Shown here: in pieces, positions 1-8,488 of the stretch | Layout of the letters: the number at the start of each line of letters is the position of its first letter | Numbering within the stretch: position 1 is the stretch's first letter | NCBI GenBank assembly: GCA_963664405.1 | Contig: OY761158.1 | Coordinates: 5,632,001 to 5,696,000 of the forward strand | Source of the DNA: Thermoanaerobaculia bacterium | GTDB lineage: Bacteria > Acidobacteriota > Thermoanaerobaculia > Multivoradales > Multivoraceae | Reading direction: 5' to 3' | Length of the DNA: 64,000 nt | Position numbers and translations under genes: made by a program | The notes under the pieces: model-generated | What the model saw: only the letters and a program-made list of their open reading frames with translations | What the model was told of the DNA's origin: nothing | Databases searched by the model: none

Positions 1-1483
1 CACGCCCTCGTACCGAGGCGGTCCCCTTGAGCCGATAGTGGTATTCGGGAGTGAACAGGATCTCGAGTGGCAGCGCCGCCGCCTTTTCGGGCTGCAGCAA
101 AGGGATGCGGGGGATTCGTTTGCTACGCCAGCGGACGCCGTTGACGTAGAAATCTTGCCAGGCCCAATCGAAGCCCTCGTCGCGCCGAAAGAAGAAGGCC
201 CCGCGGAAAGTGACCTCGATGGCCTGGAGCCCAGTCAGCTGAAATCGCATATGGGTCGTATTGATCGCCTGATAGTGGTCCAGACGTCGAGCTTGGTCGT
301 CTTCGAATGCCTGCAGTCGGCTGAGGATCTCTTCAACGGGTATCTGACGCTCCGAGGCAACGGTGACCTGCTCGGTCAGGCCAGCGAGCCCTTCGATCTC
401 GTCTGCAGTGAGGCGTTCTAGGCGCAGCAATACGCCGCCCTCGGGGTTGGTGACGGTTACCGCCAGGCTTTGTTGGCCTCGCCGCTCCCAGGGGAGGCTA
501 CGGATCTCGCCGCTCGCGATATCGATGCGCTCCGCCCGCTTGAGATGGGGGTCGGGAAAGAGGAGAGTGAGCTCTTCTTCGGTTCCAGCATCGACGATGA
601 CTCGCAGAGTAAGGTCCTCCCCGCGCACGAAGCTCCAAGATGCCGCGGCCCCGGAGGGTGCCGTTGCGGGGTCGAAGGAGAGGTCGCCGCTGAATTCTTG
701 AGCCAGGAGCACGAGCGGGGCGACCGACTCGGAAGTGGCGTCGAGAAGCTCCACGAAGGCTCCGTGAGCTCCGGCGGCGACCGCCGCGGCTGCCTCGCCC
801 AGGGCACGAGACGGATCACCTTCCAGCGCGACCGAGTCGATCAGGATCGGTCTGCCAGGGTCTATCTCGGCCAGGATGTCTATTGCGGCTCCGATCCTCT
901 CCTCCGAGGCCGGTGCAAGGGCGACGACGTCGATGTAGGCGGAGATCCCCTCATCATAGAGGGCGCGGAGCACCTCTGGGTCCGCCTCGAGGGCCGAGGT
1001 CATCACGCGGGCGCCCGGAGCCGCGCCGGTGATGGTGACTGCAGCACGCTTCAGGGCGAAAGCGTAGTCCGTACTATTCCAGGATCCGGTAGATGGGGTC
1101 CAGACTACCTGGAGGTAAGCATCCTCTCCGACCTCCCGGGCCAGCTGGGCGACCGCCTCGAGCTCGCTCTCCAAGGCAGCCAGGTTGTCGGTGAGCGGTG
1201 AGGGAGCAGTCAGCGTGAAGGCCGGGACCGGCGTCGCGCCAGCTTGGCGTAGCGCTTCGGCATGTCTCGGAGTCGCGCCGCCGGTTACCTCCCATTTGAC
1301 GAGAAGGCGCGCTTCGACCTCCTCAGGAGGGGCACTCGTATTCGCGAGGACGCGAGCGAGGCCCTCCGGATCGGATGTCTGCACCGCTGCGCAAGGCAGA
1401 CATTCGAGCCCCTGCGACTGTGCGGCGCCGACCGATCCGAGTGCGAGAACGAGTGCCGCGAGCCCTCTTCGCGAGTTTCCCAT
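1..1483 (-). CDS. Secreted hypothetical protein, runs off the left edge; possible LolA/MucB-like region toward the C-terminus
   Basis: Not in the ORF track because there is no stop in the window. Manual translation from ATG 1483 gives MGNSRRGLAALVLALGSVGAAQSQ (signal peptide) and stays open to base 1 (...GFDWAWQDFYVNGVRWRSKRIPRIPLLQPEK...). Starts 10 bp after the recA stop. Confidence 0.75.
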   Translation of the reverse strand, partial: MGNSRRGLAALVLALGSVGAAQSQGLECLPCAAVQTSDPEGLARVLANTSAPPEEVEARLLVKWEVTGGATPRHAEALRQAGATPVPAFTLTAPSPLTDNLAALESELEAVAQLAREVGEDAYLQVVWTPSTGSWNSTDYAFALKRAAVTITGAAPGARVMTSALEADPEVLRALYDEGISAYIDVVALAPASEERIGAAIDILAEIDPGRPILIDSVALEGDPSRALGEAAAAVAAGAHGAFVELLDATSESVAPLVLLAQEFSGDLSFDPATAPSGAAASWSFVRGEDLTLRVIVDAGTEEELTLLFPDPHLKRAERIDIASGEIRSLPWERRGQQSLAVTVTNPEGGVLLRLERLTADEIEGLAGLTEQVTVASERQIPVEEILSRLQAFEDDQARRLDHYQAINTTHMRFQLTGLQAIEVTFRGAFFFRRDEGFDWAWQDFYVNGVRWRSKRIPRIPLLQPEKAAALPLEILFTPEYHYRLKGTASVRGR

Positions 1484-1493
1484 GAAGCTTCGA

Positions 1494-2540
1494 TCAGGAC
1501 TCGGTCGTCTCTTCGGCTACCACCGGGGCTGCGACCATGGGAGGCAGGTCCATCACCTCCCGTACGAGACCCTCCAACTCCGTCTGAAGATCGACGTTCT
1601 CGCGGAGAAACTCGCGGGATTTCTCCCTCCCCTGGCCGAGACGGACTTCGCCATACCCGTACCACGAGCCGCTCTTGGTGATCAGCTTGTGCTCGACTCC
1701 GAGGTCGAGCAATTCGCCGAGGTGAGAGATGCCCTCTTTGTACAAGATGTCGAACTCGGCTTGGCGGAAGGGGGCCGCCACTTTGTTCTTGACTACTTTT
1801 ACCTTGGTCCTGGCGCCGACGACGACGTCACCTTCTTTGATCTGGCCGATGCGGCGGATGTCGACCCGGACCGAGGAGTAGAACTTGAGGGCCCGCCCTC
1901 CAGAGGTCGTTTCCGGGCTGCCGAACATGACTCCGATCTTTTCTCGGATCTGATTGATGAAGATGAGGCAGGTCTTTGACTTAGCGACGATTGCGGTGAG
2001 CTTGCGGAGGGCCTGCGACATGAGCCGTGCTTGAAGGCCGACATGAGAGTCGCCCATCTCGCCCTCGAGCTCGGCTCGGGGCACCAGCGCCGCAACAGAG
2101 TCGATGACGATGACGTCGATTGCGTTCGAGCGCACCAGCATCTCCGCGATCTCCAACGCCTCTTCGCCGCTGTCGGGTTGGGATACCAGGAGGTTGTCGA
2201 TATCAACGCCGAGTTTCGCCGCGTACTCCGCGTCGAGAGCGTGCTCGGCATCGATGAAGGCGGCCACCCCTCCGGCGTACTGCGCCCTACCCGTTACCGA
2301 GAGCGCCAGGGTCGTTTTTCCCGACGACTCCGGGCCGTAGATCTCCACCACCCGCCCGCGCGGAAAGCCTCCGATCCCGATCGCGTGATCGACGGCAAGA
2401 ATGCCGGTCGAGATCGACGCGATCGAGAGGGCGTCGCGCTGGCCCAGACGCATAATTGCGCCTTTGCCGAATTGCCTCTCGATTTGCAAGAAAGCGCTAT
2501 CAATAGCCTTGCCCTTTTCCTCAGATGTCACATCGGTCAT
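1494..2540 (-). CDS. recA: Recombinase RecA
   Basis: GPESSGKTT Walker [35 protein letters not shown] 2540 follows an AAGGAG SD. Confidence 0.99.
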   Translation of the reverse strand: MTDVTSEEKGKAIDSAFLQIERQFGKGAIMRLGQRDALSIASISTGILAVDHAIGIGGFPRGRVVEIYGPESSGKTTLALSVTGRAQYAGGVAAFIDAEHALDAEYAAKLGVDIDNLLVSQPDSGEEALEIAEMLVRSNAIDVIVIDSVAALVPRAELEGEMGDSHVGLQARLMSQALRKLTAIVAKSKTCLIFINQIREKIGVMFGSPETTSGGRALKFYSSVRVDIRRIGQIKEGDVVVGARTKVKVVKNKVAAPFRQAEFDILYKEGISHLGELLDLGVEHKLITKSGSWYGYGEVRLGQGREKSREFLRENVDLQTELEGLVREVMDLPPMVAAPVVAEETTES

Positions 2541-2729
2541 CAGGTCCACTCCTTCAGCGCGCCCACAGAATCGGAGGCGCTATACTGCATTCTCTGGCAC
2601 CGTGACGAAGAAAGGAAGACCCTCTTCGCCGCATCGTGTGCATCGACTTTTTTGGGCACGAAAAGCTTCGCCCCGAGATCGACTCGAAGGGCAGCCGGTA
2701 GGACAAACGATCGTATAGAAGGGTCCTAG

Positions 2730-3683
2730 GTGAGTCAAGAAGCCGCCGGGCTGGTGACACTTCTATCCGAGCTCGAGAGCACGCCCGGATTGGAGCTCGA
2801 GTTGGAAGCGCCGCTCGCTCGCCTGACCAGCCTGAGGGTGGGTGGTGCCGCCGAGGTGCTGGCGACAGTGTCGACCGAGGATGCGCTGCGGCTGATTCTC
2901 GAGCGGATCGCGGCTCGAGGTGCTGCGCATACGCTCCTCGGCATGGGCTCGAATGTGCTTGTTCCCGAGGGCGGACTTCGAGGGGTTACCCTGCGCTTGG
3001 ATGGAGAGTTTCGCCGCACTCGGACGTTCGGCGAACAGGTTGAGGCGGGGTGCGCGGTCTCGCTTGCCCAGTTGGCCCGCTCGACCGCTCGGATGGGGCT
3101 TGCCGGTCTCGAGGCCTTTTCCGGGTTCCCCTCCACAGTGGGCGGCGCGGTGGTCATGAACGCCGGTTGCTACGGCGAAGAGATCGCTGACGTGTTGGTG
3201 GAGACGAGGACGGTCGATGCCTCGGGAGAGCGCCACCGACTCGGCGTCGACGATCTCTCAGCCGCCTACCGAAGCACCGCACTCCAGGGGACCGGGTCGG
3301 TGGTAACAAGGGCGACCTTTCAGCTTCGAAGGGGAGACCCAGCCGCCTTGACCGACCGGATCCTCGAGCTCAACCGGCGGCGTTGGTCGAGCCTTCCCTC
3401 GGGGCTGCCCAATGCCGGGTCGATCTTTCGCAATCCGGAGTCGGACCACGCGGGTCGACTGATCGAGGCGGTCGGGCTCAAGGGGCGAACCTTGGGCGGC
3501 GCACAGATCAGCCCCAAGCACGCCAATGTGATCGTCAATCGCGGGGGGGCCCGATCGAGAGATGTTTTCGATCTGATGCTGCTCGCCTACAGGAGGGTCA
3601 AGGAAGAGAGCACAGTTGCGTTGGAGCCTGAGCTGGTTCTTCTCGGCGACTACCGCGAGGAGTGGGATCGTCTGACCGGCTGA
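2730..3683 (+). CDS. murB: UDP-N-acetylmuramate dehydrogenase
   Basis: RVGGAA, LGMGSNVL, GGAVVMNAG, NAGSIFRNP, ISPKHANVIVN, LEPE motifs. Confidence 0.96.
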   Translation: MSQEAAGLVTLLSELESTPGLELELEAPLARLTSLRVGGAAEVLATVSTEDALRLILERIAARGAAHTLLGMGSNVLVPEGGLRGVTLRLDGEFRRTRTFGEQVEAGCAVSLAQLARSTARMGLAGLEAFSGFPSTVGGAVVMNAGCYGEEIADVLVETRTVDASGERHRLGVDDLSAAYRSTALQGTGSVVTRATFQLRRGDPAALTDRILELNRRRWSSLPSGLPNAGSIFRNPESDHAGRLIEAVGLKGRTLGGAQISPKHANVIVNRGGARSRDVFDLMLLAYRRVKEESTVALEPELVLLGDYREEWDRLTG

Positions 3684-3734
3684 TCCTCCGCTATACTCGT
3701 CTGCTCTACAAGGTCAGAGGGAAGGAGCTTTGCA

Positions 3735-4238
3735 GTGAAATCTCGTCGACTCGTCGCCACGCTCGGCGGCCTCGGAGTACTCTTATGTTGGGCCTGCGCT
3801 CCGCCGCTCACGCCGGAAGAAGAGGTGAGCAACCTGAGGATGCAGTACGAGGCCGAGCTCAAGTCGTTTACGGTTACCCAGGAGCCTCAGACCGCCGATG
3901 TCTCCGAGGGAGAGGATGAGGAGACTGACGATGGAGTGGAGGCGCCCGCTCCGACAGTAAGGAGCGACGCTTTGCTCGACATCCTGGTCTCTACCACCGC
4001 CACCGAGCGCCTGCCGGGGATCACTGTTGAAGTGCAACAGGTCGATGCCGCGGGCAAGGAGAAGGCCACTGGACTGCTGTGGGTCGACACCAGCACTCTC
4101 GGGCGCGGCAATGGCGTCCAAGTGACCCACGTTCTCGAGGACATCACCTACGATGCCGGCGATGGTTTTTGGGTAGGAGTTCGTTCGAGCATCCCCGCTT
4201 CGGAATACGGCAAGTACAAAGAGTTCTCCGCTCCGTAA
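3735..4238 (+). CDS. Hypothetical lipoprotein
   Basis: Basic N-terminus, hydrophobic stretch, lipobox-like LCWAC, acidic linker; GGAG SD upstream. Confidence 0.7.
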   Translation: MKSRRLVATLGGLGVLLCWACAPPLTPEEEVSNLRMQYEAELKSFTVTQEPQTADVSEGEDEETDDGVEAPAPTVRSDALLDILVSTTATERLPGITVEVQQVDAAGKEKATGLLWVDTSTLGRGNGVQVTHVLEDITYDAGDGFWVGVRSSIPASEYGKYKEFSAP

Positions 4239-4330
4239 AAGTAGTGTCGGTTCGATGCTTGGGCCGCCCCTCTTGTCGCTTTATGTGGATATGGCCAGAA
4301 ACACGTACTCCGTGAGAGAATGCTTCCCCT

Positions 4331-5290
4331 ATGAGTGAGATCAATACTATTTTTTCGAGGGATGAAACCGCGACGAGCATCTTGGCGCGACTCGAAGACA
4401 ACATTCAAACTGTTGTTCGGGGCAAGCCGGAGGTGGTGCGCTTGGCCATTGTCGCGATTCTCGCGCGAGGCCATGTGCTGATCGAGGATGTGCCAGGCGT
4501 TGGCAAGACCACGCTCGCTCACGCGCTGGCGAGGTCGGTCGGTCTCGATTTTCAGCGCATTCAGTTCACCAGTGACCTGCTTCCGTCCGACATTATCGGG
4601 GTTTCTATCTACAGCCAGGAGCGCGAGAGCTTCGAGTTCTCGCCTGGGCCGCTGTTTGCGAACCTGGTTCTGGCGGACGAGATCAACCGGGCCACGCCCA
4701 AGACCCAGTCTGCTCTTCTCGAGGCGATGAGCGAGCGCAAGGTCTCGGTGGATCGAGAGCGTCTCTCACTCCCCGAGCCCTTCATCGTTCTCGCTACCCA
4801 GAACCCGCTGGAGTACCAGGGCACCTTTCCGCTGCCCGAGTCCCAGCTCGATCGCTTCTTGATGTCTCTTGAGCTCGGCTACCCACCGCCGGACGCGGAG
4901 CGAGAGCTCCTTGTCTCCGGCGGGGTCGATGACCTCCTCGAAGCCTTGGCGCCGGCGATCGCGCGCGAGGAGTTCATCGAGCTCCAGGACGGTGTCGGTC
5001 GCATCAAGATGGCGGGGAAGCTTGCCGACTACATTCTCGCCATCGCCCGAGAAACTCGCGAGAGCGAAGAGTTCATCCTCGGTGTGTCCACGCGTGCCGT
5101 CCAAGATCTCTATCGATCCGTGCAGGCGTTGGCTGTTTGCGAGGGACGCGATTTCGCGGTGCCCGACGATGTGCAGAGGGTCGCCGTGCCTGTGCTCTCT
5201 CACCGGGTGCAGTTGCGCTCGGGTGGCGGACTCAATTCAGCCCGCAGTGCGATTCGAGGAGTGCTTGCAAAGGTCGAGGTGCCGGTGTAA
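4331..5290 (+). CDS. MoxR family AAA+ ATPase
   Basis: EDVPGVGKT, RIQFTSDLLPSD, LADEINRATPKTQSALLEAM, ATQNP, LPESQLDRF. Confidence 0.97.
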   Translation: MSEINTIFSRDETATSILARLEDNIQTVVRGKPEVVRLAIVAILARGHVLIEDVPGVGKTTLAHALARSVGLDFQRIQFTSDLLPSDIIGVSIYSQERESFEFSPGPLFANLVLADEINRATPKTQSALLEAMSERKVSVDRERLSLPEPFIVLATQNPLEYQGTFPLPESQLDRFLMSLELGYPPPDAERELLVSGGVDDLLEALAPAIAREEFIELQDGVGRIKMAGKLADYILAIARETRESEEFILGVSTRAVQDLYRSVQALAVCEGRDFAVPDDVQRVAVPVLSHRVQLRSGGGLNSARSAIRGVLAKVEVPV

Positions 5291-5294
5291 GCGC

Positions 5295-6293
5295 ATGCGG
5301 CGCAAGAAAGTCCCCGAACAAATTCGGCCGACCAAGGTCGGTATTTGGTTCGTGCTGCTCACTCTGTTGATCGGTGTCGCCGCTACCAACACCGGCAACA
5401 ACGCCCTGTACATGGTTTTGGCGCTGATGCTTGCTACCCTGGTGGTCTCTGGGGTGTTGTCGCGCAACAACGTGAAGAAGGTCGATGTCGAAGTTGTCGC
5501 TCCCGACGAGATCTTTGCCGGGACGGCAGCCACCCTCCAGGTTCATCTGAAGAACCTCTCTCGCCTTGTTCCAAGGTGGCTGCTGCTCGTCTCGTTCTCC
5601 GACCTGGCTCCTTCGCTTCTTTGTTCCTTCCTGCCGCCACGGTCGACACAGACACTGCTGGCAGATATCACCTTTTCCCGTCGTGGCCGGCATCAGTTGA
5701 AGACCGCGCATCTGGCGACGATCTTTCCCTTCGGTCTCTTTCGCAAGGGAACACGTCAGGAGCTGGACCTGGATGTGATGGTCTACCCGCGCCTGTTGGC
5801 GGGCGAGCACGGCATCAGTCGCTCGACCGCAGCATTCGGTGCGACTCGGGATCGGAACCCGGGTTGGGGACACGACCTTCACAGTCTGCGAGATTTGCGC
5901 CCCGGAGACGACCCGCGGCGGATTCATTGGAAGCAGACTGCGCGCACCGGCAAGATGATCTTCATGGAGCTAGAGGCGGAAAAGAGCCGGAGAGTGACTC
6001 TGGTGATCGACAATGCGCTCGATCCGGCGGAGGGGCTCGAGGCTCAAGAGAAGCTGGAGACACGAATCAGTCGCGGCGCTGCAGCGGCGCTCGACTATTT
6101 GAGTGCAGGCTTCGAGGTCGAGCTCATCACTCGCTCGGAGCAGCTGCCCTTTGCCGGCGGGAGCCGGCAGCGCAGCCGGATTCTCGAAGTGCTTGCCCTA
6201 CTCGAGGCGGCGCTTCCGGACGAGGAGCCTCTGGGGGGTAGCGGAGGGGTCGAGATTCGCTTCGATGCCGGCGCGCTGGGAGTACCCACATGA
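5295..6293 (+). CDS. DUF58 domain membrane protein
   Basis: N-terminal TM pair (AATNTGNNALY) and the DUF58 motif LRDLRPGDDPRRIHWKQTAR. ATG 5295 sits just after the moxR stop. Confidence 0.92.
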   Translation: MRRKKVPEQIRPTKVGIWFVLLTLLIGVAATNTGNNALYMVLALMLATLVVSGVLSRNNVKKVDVEVVAPDEIFAGTAATLQVHLKNLSRLVPRWLLLVSFSDLAPSLLCSFLPPRSTQTLLADITFSRRGRHQLKTAHLATIFPFGLFRKGTRQELDLDVMVYPRLLAGEHGISRSTAAFGATRDRNPGWGHDLHSLRDLRPGDDPRRIHWKQTARTGKMIFMELEAEKSRRVTLVIDNALDPAEGLEAQEKLETRISRGAAAALDYLSAGFEVELITRSEQLPFAGGSRQRSRILEVLALLEAALPDEEPLGGSGGVEIRFDAGALGVPT

Positions 6294-8488
6294 GGGCCTG
6301 GGGCAGGAAGAAGAAAGAGCCCAAGGCAGGCGCGCTCCCCTTGAGCTTCGCGTCTGAAAAGAAGCTGCTGCTCGGATTGCTGGCTCTGGTGGTCGCGATT
6401 CCCTTTCCGATGGCGGAGCCTCAGCCGGAGGGAGTCGTGAGCTGGGCTGGGGTGTTCCTCTACTCGGTTGCAGTTATCTTCTTTCTAGTGCGCACCCGGC
6501 GCGGTAAGGAGGGCTCAATCCCGGGGTGGGCGATGAACCTTCTCGCCATCGCCTACTTGCCCTGGTTCGTGTTCCGGCTGAAAACGATGGCAGCACTTCA
6601 GCTCGCGAGCCCGATGGTCGAGCTGCTCATGTTTGGCCTGGTCGTCAAGCTGTTCAGCTTGCGTAGAGAGCGGGACAAATGGCATGTCAGCGGGCTCTTG
6701 TTCTTTCTCTTCGTCGCGGCCATGGCGACCAGCATTCATCCCTTGATCTTTGTCTACTTGATGGCCTTTTTCGGCTTCTGGCTGACGCTGCTCTTTCGTT
6801 TCATGCATCTTCACCTTGTCGGGACCTATCGAGAGGGCGCCCCTGGTGCTGGAAGCTTCTCTCCCAGGCCGCTCCTCTTGTCGTGTGCGGTGCTTGCGCT
6901 TTTTGGCGCCGTACCCCTCTTCACCATGTTGCCTCGATTCCGCACTCCCTACATCCAGCAGGGGCTTCCGGGTCGTCAGGAATACACCACCGGCTTTCGC
7001 GACGAGGTCTCGCTCGACGTCGTCGGCAACATCCGTCAGAGCGACGAAGTCGCGCTGCGAATGAAGCCGGAAGACCCGACCCTGGCCGCTCCGTACCTAC
7101 TCCGGGGAACGACCTACGATCGTTTCCAGGACCTCAGGTGGAAGCGGAGTAGGCTCGACGCGACGCCGCTGGAGCCTGCCACCCGTAACCTTTACCGCCT
7201 TGCGCCCGACGAGACCGAAGGGAAGGTCCGTATCTGGCTGGAACCGATCGATTCGAACAGTCTGATCCTGCCAGCCGAAACGGTTTCGGTGGAGCTCTCC
7301 CGCCGCCTCTTTGTCGACGCGGGGGGCGGCGTGATGATGAACTGGCCGCGTCAGGGCCTTCTCGAGTATCGAGTCGGCGTGGCGGCCCGGCCTGTCTTCC
7401 GCGGGGCCATTCCCGACCTCGACTCGGAGGATGAGGCTACTCTCGATCAGGGCGGGGTCACGCCGCGCATTCGAGAACTCGCCGTGCGCTTGTCTGCGGG
7501 CTTCCCGCCTGCCGTGGCGGCAAAGAGGATCGAGCGCTACTTGACCGACAACTTCGAGTACACGCTCGATTTCCTTGGCCGTCAGTCCGAGAACCCGATC
7601 GAAGACTTTCTCTTCCAGTATCGCAGTGGGCATTGCGAGTACTTCGCCAGTTCCATGATCTTCATGTTGCGGGCTACGGGTGTGCCTGCTCGTCTTGCCA
7701 CCGGCTTTCTAGGCGCCGAGTTCAATCCGCTGGAGGACTACTACATCGTTCGCCAGAACAACGCTCACGCTTGGGTCGAGGCCTACCTGCCTGACGTGGG
7801 TTGGACGACCTTCGACCCGACTCCCCCGTCGGGCCGACCGGTGGTGAAGGCGCGGCCGACGGCGCTGATGGTGCTCCGCCAGGCTTGGGACTACCTCGAG
7901 TTCCGTTGGGACCGGTATGTGATGGCCTACGGTTTCTTCGATCAGGTCGGGCTAATCCTGAGACTTCGTGATTTCCTCCGCCAGTTCGAGCGTCGAGAGT
8001 TCTCGCTGCCGTCGATGCCCCGCTTGCCTTTCGAGGGTGGGGAAGGAGAGCTGGCCAAGCCGGAGGTCGGCCTCGAGAATCTCGGCGGCCTGTGGATCGC
8101 CATCGCGGCTCTTTGCCTGGGTCTGGCGATCGCCTTGCTGATCGCGATCCGTCGGCGCCGCCGGTTCGGCGCCACCGCGGCGTATCGCAGACTGCGCGAC
8201 GACCTGGGCCGCCGCGAGCCCGCTCTCAGCGTCGCCACCGCCCCCCTGGCGCTCAAGGAGTGGGTGGTGCAAAACCTGCCGCAGGCGGCCGGCCCCTCCG
8301 CTCAGCTCATCGACCTCTATCTCCTCGAGAGCTTCGGCGAGCGTCGGCTCAGCGCGCCCCAGACCGTGAGCCTGCGAACGAGTCTGGGGGAGGTGCGCAG
8401 TGTCCTGCGCCGAACCAAGAGCTCGACCCCTGGCGGAGCCGCGCCTTGGACGCGGCTCCTCTCTCGCTTCAGAAGCCGAAGTTTCTAA
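6290..8488 (+). CDS. DUF3488/transglutaminase-like membrane protein (TgpA-like)
   Basis: Multiple TM helices; catalytic GHCEYFAS, AHAWVEAY, W..FDPTP; ATGA overlap with the DUF58 gene. Confidence 0.93.
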   Translation: MRAWGRKKKEPKAGALPLSFASEKKLLLGLLALVVAIPFPMAEPQPEGVVSWAGVFLYSVAVIFFLVRTRRGKEGSIPGWAMNLLAIAYLPWFVFRLKTMAALQLASPMVELLMFGLVVKLFSLRRERDKWHVSGLLFFLFVAAMATSIHPLIFVYLMAFFGFWLTLLFRFMHLHLVGTYREGAPGAGSFSPRPLLLSCAVLALFGAVPLFTMLPRFRTPYIQQGLPGRQEYTTGFRDEVSLDVVGNIRQSDEVALRMKPEDPTLAAPYLLRGTTYDRFQDLRWKRSRLDATPLEPATRNLYRLAPDETEGKVRIWLEPIDSNSLILPAETVSVELSRRLFVDAGGGVMMNWPRQGLLEYRVGVAARPVFRGAIPDLDSEDEATLDQGGVTPRIRELAVRLSAGFPPAVAAKRIERYLTDNFEYTLDFLGRQSENPIEDFLFQYRSGHCEYFASSMIFMLRATGVPARLATGFLGAEFNPLEDYYIVRQNNAHAWVEAYLPDVGWTTFDPTPPSGRPVVKARPTALMVLRQAWDYLEFRWDRYVMAYGFFDQVGLILRLRDFLRQFERREFSLPSMPRLPFEGGEGELAKPEVGLENLGGLWIAIAALCLGLAIALLIAIRRRRRFGATAAYRRLRDDLGRREPALSVATAPLALKEWVVQNLPQAAGPSAQLIDLYLLESFGERRLSAPQTVSLRTSLGEVRSVLRRTKSSTPGGAAPWTRLLSRFRSRSF

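Noticed and set aside
38-1979. Plus-strand ORFs of 112-264 aa
   Set aside because: High-GC shadow frames antisense to recA and the long minus-strand gene.
2590-2680. LexA box upstream of recA (e.g. CGAAAAGCTTCG)
   Set aside because: The spacing matches neither CGAAC-N4-GTTCG, CTGT-N8-ACAG nor GTTC-N7-GTTC; not supportable without a genome-wide motif search.
4869-5294. N-terminal extension of the DUF58 ORF
   Set aside because: It overlaps moxR; ATG 5295 fits the family start.
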